From the NCBI GenBank assembly GCA_043825735.1, contig JBDRRP010000025.1:62001-92878 (forward strand): 30,878 nucleotides of DNA, in the 5' to 3' direction. Positions 26,659-30,878 of the stretch are shown here, one piece after another. The notes below the pieces were generated by a model. The model saw only the letters and a program-made list of their open reading frames with translations, was not told where the DNA came from and searched no databases. A program made the position numbers and the translations under genes. The number at the start of each line of letters is the position of its first letter. Position 1 is the stretch's first letter. Origin of the DNA: Pseudomonadota bacterium (GTDB taxonomy: Bacteria; Desulfobacterota; Desulfobacteria; Desulfobacterales; JBDRRP01).

Positions 26659-27045
26659 CTAAAGCGTTACCAACCCCGGGATGAGATTGAAATGCTTATC
26701 TCTTGAAAACAGTTTATAACCATGCTGAAAAGCGACGGCGCCGATCCATATATCATTGGTCGGAATGGGCGTTCCCGCCACCTTCAGGTTGTTCAATATG
26801 GCGGCATAAAAATCAGCTGTCCCGGCATCGATGGCGTGAACGACAACCCTGGGTGAATCCATAAACGCATTGAGTGCTTCCCTGTTCTCGAGTTCCCGGC
26901 GACCGCCTTTAAAGCCTGAAAAAAGTTCACCGATGCTAATAACCGAAAAACCGATCAAATCCAATCTTCTCAACACGGAGACGATATCCTCATCGCCCTT
27001 CATGGCCAGCGAATAGATGTTTGTGTCAATCAAGACTTTGTTCAT
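26659..27045 (-). CDS. vapC: VapC PIN-domain toxin (TA5)
   Basis: VLIDTNIY, IGEL, GTPIPTNDIWIGA.A and SRDKHF motifs; ATGA overlap with the antitoxin. Confidence 0.92.
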   Translation of the reverse strand: MNKVLIDTNIYSLAMKGDEDIVSVLRRLDLIGFSVISIGELFSGFKGGRRELENREALNAFMDSPRVVVHAIDAGTADFYAAILNNLKVAGTPIPTNDIWIGAVAFQHGYKLFSRDKHFNLIPGLVTL

Positions 27046-27302
27046 TTCCACAGATCCTGATCAATTTGGCGCGCCTGGTGAATCCTCTCTTGAATTTCTG
27101 CAAATTCCTCATCGCTCCATTTGCCGAACAGGTCGTCCAAGTCGCTGTATTCGCGCGAATAGGTCTTTTCCTTATTGAGGCCAAGGCCTGCCTTGATGAT
27201 GTCAATGGTCAGTTGATTGACACTTTTGCCCTGTTCCATTGCCTTCATTTTGAGTTTTTCGGCCACCTCGGGCTCAACACCGCGAATTGTGACAGCCTTC
27301 AT
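27042..27302 (-). CDS. FitA-like RHH antitoxin (TA5)
   Basis: MKAVTIRGVEPEVAEKLK..A...GKSVNQ; DLDDLFGKWS. Confidence 0.85.
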   Translation of the reverse strand: MKAVTIRGVEPEVAEKLKMKAMEQGKSVNQLTIDIIKAGLGLNKEKTYSREYSDLDDLFGKWSDEEFAEIQERIHQARQIDQDLWK

Positions 27303-27350
27303 ATGCCCTCCCTGAATTGAGATGCCATTTTATGCTTTCATATTGCAACC

Positions 27351-27379
27351 ACTTTATGACATCATCGGGATGGTGTCAA
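27351..27379 (-). promoter_or_regulatory. Sigma70-like promoter for TA5
   Basis: TTGACA-N17-TAAAGT on the minus strand. Confidence 0.65.
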
Positions 27380-27399
27380 ATCCATTTTAATCCGGTATA

Positions 27400-28335
27400 G
27401 GTTGCCCTTCGGGCAGGCGCCTGCGTCGGGTTAAGAGCGTTTGGAGCGTTAAGATCGTTGGGAGCGTTTGGATCGTTGAGATCGTTGGGAGCGTTGGGAG
27501 CGTTAAGCACCTTCGGTGCGTTCCGGGTTCGGCGCCGGAGGCGCATTCGGCCGCTGCGCGGCGTTCAGGCCGCCTGCGGCGGCGTTCCAGGTTCCGGGTT
27601 CCGGGTTTAAGGATTTGCGGACTCAGTCCGCTATCCTGAGAATCCTGTATATCCTTGTTGTTCGAAGCCGTTGGGCTGTAAAGCTTTTACTACCCACTTT
27701 GTCTGCGCTTTGCACCTGGCGCCACTGTCATCTGTCATCTGTCGTCTTGCAGTTCCCGGCCGGCTTGTCCGCCGTAGCCTTGGCGAAGGTGGAAGGCCGC
27801 CAACTCTTTGGTTTTAATCTGCGCTAATCTGCGCAATCTGCGGATAACCAGCAGTTGATGTTGCAGTTGCTTTTCGGCCAAAGGCTGCCAATCTGCCACA
27901 AACCGTCGGCGGACAAGTCCTGTAAATCTTGTCTGATTAGCCCTTCGGGCTGGTACACGGTACACGGTGCACGGTACACGGTTTTGCGGCAGAAGGCCGC
28001 CACCCCTTGGTTTTAATCTGTGTTAATCTGTGCAATCTGTGGATAACCCGCAGTTGATTTTCGCCTTTCCGGCCGACTTGCCCTCCGTCTTGTCCGCCGT
28101 AGCTCGTAGTGCGAAGGTGGAAGGCCGCCAACTCTTTGGTTTTAATCTGCGCTAATCTGCGCAACTTGTCCGCCGAAGCCTTGGCGAAGGAGGATCTGTG
28201 GATAACCCGCTGTTGAAGTTGCAGTTGCACTTCGGCCGACTTGTCCGCCGTAGCCTTGGCAGAGGTGGAAGGCCGCCACCCTTTTATTTTAATCTGTGTC
28301 GCTTTTTAAGCCGTGTAGGCTCAATCTGTGGATAA
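27400..28335 (-). repeat. Largest composite array (~0.94 kb)
   Basis: 8 x 9-bp GAKCGTT units (27433-27504), GTTC-hairpin array, five arm-hairpin-box units, four 30-nt elements and one 23-nt element. Confidence 0.92.
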
Positions 28336-28343
28336 GTAAGCGG

Positions 28344-29753
28344 TTAATACGCGTTATCGCGTCTGAGTACTTTAAATATGGTCAGGATGATAATTTTGAT
28401 ATCCATCCACAAACTCCAGTTACGGATATATTCCAGATCATGCTCAATGCGTTTTTCCATTTTTTCCAAAGTATCTGTTTCGCCTCTCCACCCGCTGACT
28501 TGAGCATATCCGGTAATACCTGGCTTCACCCTATTACGAGACATATATCGCCTGATTCGCTTCCGGTGCTGCTCATCAAGGGCCACCGGGTGAGGGCGAG
28601 GCCCGACTACGGACATGCGCCCCTGCAACACGTTGATAAATTGTGGGAACTCATCCAGAGACGTGCGGCGTAAAAATGCACCAAAACGAGTCACACGATT
28701 GTCACCATTAGTAGCTTGCTTGAACTGCTGTTCTCCATCTTCACAGCAGGTCATAGTACGGAATTTATAGATGTAAATCGGTTTACCGTCTATCCCGTAT
28801 CGGCGCTGTTTGAAAATCACCGGCCCGGGAGAGGTCAACTTTATCCCCACGGTGATGACAAGCATGGGCACCCCCGCCACGACCAGCGCGATTACTGCTA
28901 CTATCAGGTCTTCTACACGTTTCACTATGCCGGAAACTCCCCAGTATGGTGTATCAAGCACACTTACCGCCGGAATACCGCCGACATCACTCCATCGGGC
29001 ATTGAGCATGTCAAAGAAAAACAAATCGGGCACGACATATACCCTCACTGGGAAATCTGAAAGGGCATCCACAACATTGGTCATCCGAGCTTGGGCACGC
29101 ATGGGAAGTACGATATATACTAAATCAAACTTTCCCTTTTCCACATCCTCTATTAAACAATCCAGATTCCCCTTGACAGTGCAGGCAATATCTTCCAACG
29201 GCTGATACCCCGATTGGAGAGCATCATCATAAAAACCTTTAATAACAAGCCCCATAGACGGCTCATCATGAATGGTCTTCGCAACCCTCAGTCCGAGTTC
29301 TCCTGCCCCGGCAATTGCAACTCGGCGAGTGTTGCGCCCTTTTAACCGCATAAGAATAAAGAAATATTGTAACCCTCGGCGCCAAATTATCATCATCACC
29401 GGCGTCAGAATCAACCATAAGGTGACGACGACCCTAGAAACATCCTCGCTGGTCTTGGTTGCAAAAGCGAAAGTCAATACTCCAAGCACCGCGAATAGCC
29501 AAGCTTGTACAATTGCCGATGACTGTCGCTGAATTCCAGCGCCCCGCCAGGATCGGTATAGGGTTGTCGTTTCCGTTGCAACGGAAAATCCCAGAAGTCC
29601 GATAAAAACCACCACCCAATAAATAGTAACAATTCCTCGGGGATAAAAAGCATAAACCAAGACCATTGTCAGAGCAATTATCACCAAGTCCGAAAACCTG
29701 TAAAATATTTCCAAAAGCGATGGATATCGAGAGATGATTCCGCGTTTAGGCAT
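28344..29753 (-). CDS. wcaJ: Undecaprenyl-phosphate glucose phosphotransferase (WcaJ/GumD type)
   Basis: VKRVED, SPGPVIFKQRRYG, YKFRTM, FLRRTSLDEFPQFINVLQGRMSVVGPRPH, VKPGITGYAQVSGWRGETDT and DLEYIRNWSLWMD motifs. Confidence 0.93.
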   Translation of the reverse strand: MPKRGIISRYPSLLEIFYRFSDLVIIALTMVLVYAFYPRGIVTIYWVVVFIGLLGFSVATETTTLYRSWRGAGIQRQSSAIVQAWLFAVLGVLTFAFATKTSEDVSRVVVTLWLILTPVMMIIWRRGLQYFFILMRLKGRNTRRVAIAGAGELGLRVAKTIHDEPSMGLVIKGFYDDALQSGYQPLEDIACTVKGNLDCLIEDVEKGKFDLVYIVLPMRAQARMTNVVDALSDFPVRVYVVPDLFFFDMLNARWSDVGGIPAVSVLDTPYWGVSGIVKRVEDLIVAVIALVVAGVPMLVITVGIKLTSPGPVIFKQRRYGIDGKPIYIYKFRTMTCCEDGEQQFKQATNGDNRVTRFGAFLRRTSLDEFPQFINVLQGRMSVVGPRPHPVALDEQHRKRIRRYMSRNRVKPGITGYAQVSGWRGETDTLEKMEKRIEHDLEYIRNWSLWMDIKIIILTIFKVLRRDNAY

Positions 29754-29835
29754 CAAGTTGTTACCTCTATATATCCAAGGTATTTTATACTTAATTTTAG
29801 TCTATTAGTCGATTCTAAAAAACTCTTGATTTGCC

Positions 29836-29941
29836 TCACGAGGGGCAGATCGATGCTCTTTGAGACAAAAAAAGCCAGTAGAAAAATTGGCACAAAAGCG
29901 CTGCTATCCACCTCAGCAGCTTTCTGAAGTTCATGCCGGCC
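29836..29941 (-). pseudogene. IS5-family transposase C-terminal remnant
   Basis: Translates AGMNFRKLLRWIAALLCQFFYWLFL, resembling IS5 transposase C-termini. The matching N-terminus is at 30451-30689. Confidence 0.6.
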
Positions 29942-29944
29942 GGG

Positions 29945-30165
29945 CACCCCCCGCTCCCGTGCCTGCCGACGCCAGATGTACAAGGTGGCTTCGCTGATGC
30001 CTTCCTCCTTGGCCAACTCAAGGATCGACCGGTTGTGCGGAGGCATCATCTTTTTCAGTACCGCATCTTTACGTTCTTTCGAATATTGCATGATCGATCC
30101 TCCCTCGCCCCGAAGAAACTCAATTATAGAGGGATTCATATCATGCGACAACTACCCTGACACAG
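29945..30165 (-). mobile_element. IS3-family left end with truncated orfA
   Basis: ATG 30091: MQYSKERKDAVLKKMMPPHNRSILELAKEEGISEATLYIWRRQARERG (HTH), then breaks. Probable end sequence TGTCAGGGTAGTTGTCGCA. Confidence 0.75.
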
Positions 30166-30189
30166 GGGGCAACCAGGTATGCTTTAGTC

Positions 30190-30447
30190 GGATGAACCAC
30201 AAAGAGCATCGCCACAGCGGCATAGCGATCATGACGCCAGAGCAGGTGCATTATGGCCTTGCCGAAGAAGTCTGCCGCTACCGGGCGACGGTCCTCTCAT
30301 TGGCATTCGAAAAGAACCCGAACCGGTTCAAAAACAAAATCCCGGTTCCTGATACCTTACCGAAGGCGGTTTGGATCAATCCGCCTTCGACAGAAAATAT
30401 GGGAGCTTAATTTATCCCACACGGTGTCTCATCCTCATTGACACACG
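30190..30447 (+). mobile_element. IS3-family orfB C-terminal remnant and right end
   Basis: EHRHSGIAIMTPEQVHYG...NPNRF...VWINPP, stop 30410, then GTGTCTCATCCTCATTGACACACG. Confidence 0.75.
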
Positions 30448-30450
30448 CCG

Positions 30451-30689
30451 TTTTAATCGCTGAGATTGTGGGTATACTTCTGGTAATGCAGAGGCACCAT
30501 CAGTCGTGTACTGACCGCCAGGCGTCCATTGACTGGGCAATAGGAGGCGCCGAACATTTCGTCGAGCTGATTCCATGCGACGACCTTGGAAAGTTTGACC
30601 AATGGATGGCCTTTAACGATGATCCGCGATAGCTCGACTTTAAAAAAATCGCGCTACCAGTTTTTGCTGGTAGATTTTTCAGGTTTCAT
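30451..30689 (-). pseudogene. IS5-family transposase N-terminal remnant with in-frame stop
   Basis: Manual translation MKPEKSTSKNW*RDFFKVELSRIIVKGHPLVKLSKVVAWNQLDEMFG...STRLMVPLHYQKYTHNLSD*; TAG at 30654-30656. Confidence 0.75.
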
Positions 30690-30859
30690 GCTCTGAAAAT
30701 TTGCAAGGTGTTATGGTAAAATGTCATAAATACTTGCACCTAATCTGAGCGATTCTTAACAAAAAAAAGTCCCACACCTGCAGGTAACGTGTTATAATGC
30801 TTGCTAAATTCCGCCAAGAAGCTAACAAGCAACACGGCACCCAAAAGGTGGAGGACTTT

Positions 30860-30878
30860 ATGAAGGTTCATAACAAAG
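30860..30878 (+). CDS. Probable start of a CDS truncated by the window edge
   Basis: GGAGGA RBS followed by ATGAAGGTTCATAACAAA. Too short to identify. Confidence 0.3.

Noticed and set aside
29753..30410. ORFs 29753-30151 and 29976-30410 as intact genes
   Set aside because: Chimeric read-through across IS fragments.
1..30878. DGR, retron, tRNA/rRNA or riboswitch
   Set aside because: No reverse transcriptase, no adenine-specific TR/VR pair, and no recognisable structural RNA by eye. An Infernal/Rfam scan would be needed to exclude ncRNAs.

Overview
Bacterial surface-polysaccharide/glycosylation locus, GC-rich; the gene style suggests Deltaproteobacteria/Desulfobacterales, which is inference only. 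Minus strand: Wzc-like (partial), Wza-like, outer-membrane beta-barrel, FecR-domain protein, WecA/WbpL-like, PglF/CapD-like, O-antigen-ligase-like, EEP-family and WcaJ-like genes. Plus strand: GT2, B12 radical SAM, carbamoyltransferase, GT-C and a membrane-anchored secreted protein. Five type II toxin-antitoxin pairs, each with its own sigma70-like promoter, and two GxxExxY putative nuclease genes are inserted between these genes. Two MITE copies and nested IS5/IS3 remnants are also present. The most striking feature is about 4.5 kb of intergenic DNA built from one recurring grammar: a variable arm of 7-10 bp tandem repeats, a GC hairpin with a GNA/TNC triloop (GGCC-TNC-GGCC), then a GCAACTGCAA box. 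These units form direct and inverted arrays that abut stop codons and bracket the TA and GxxExxY cassettes. They also host 30-nt and 22/23-nt mini-insertions with both filled and empty sites visible in this window. All family assignments come from motif recognition by eye; no database search was run.
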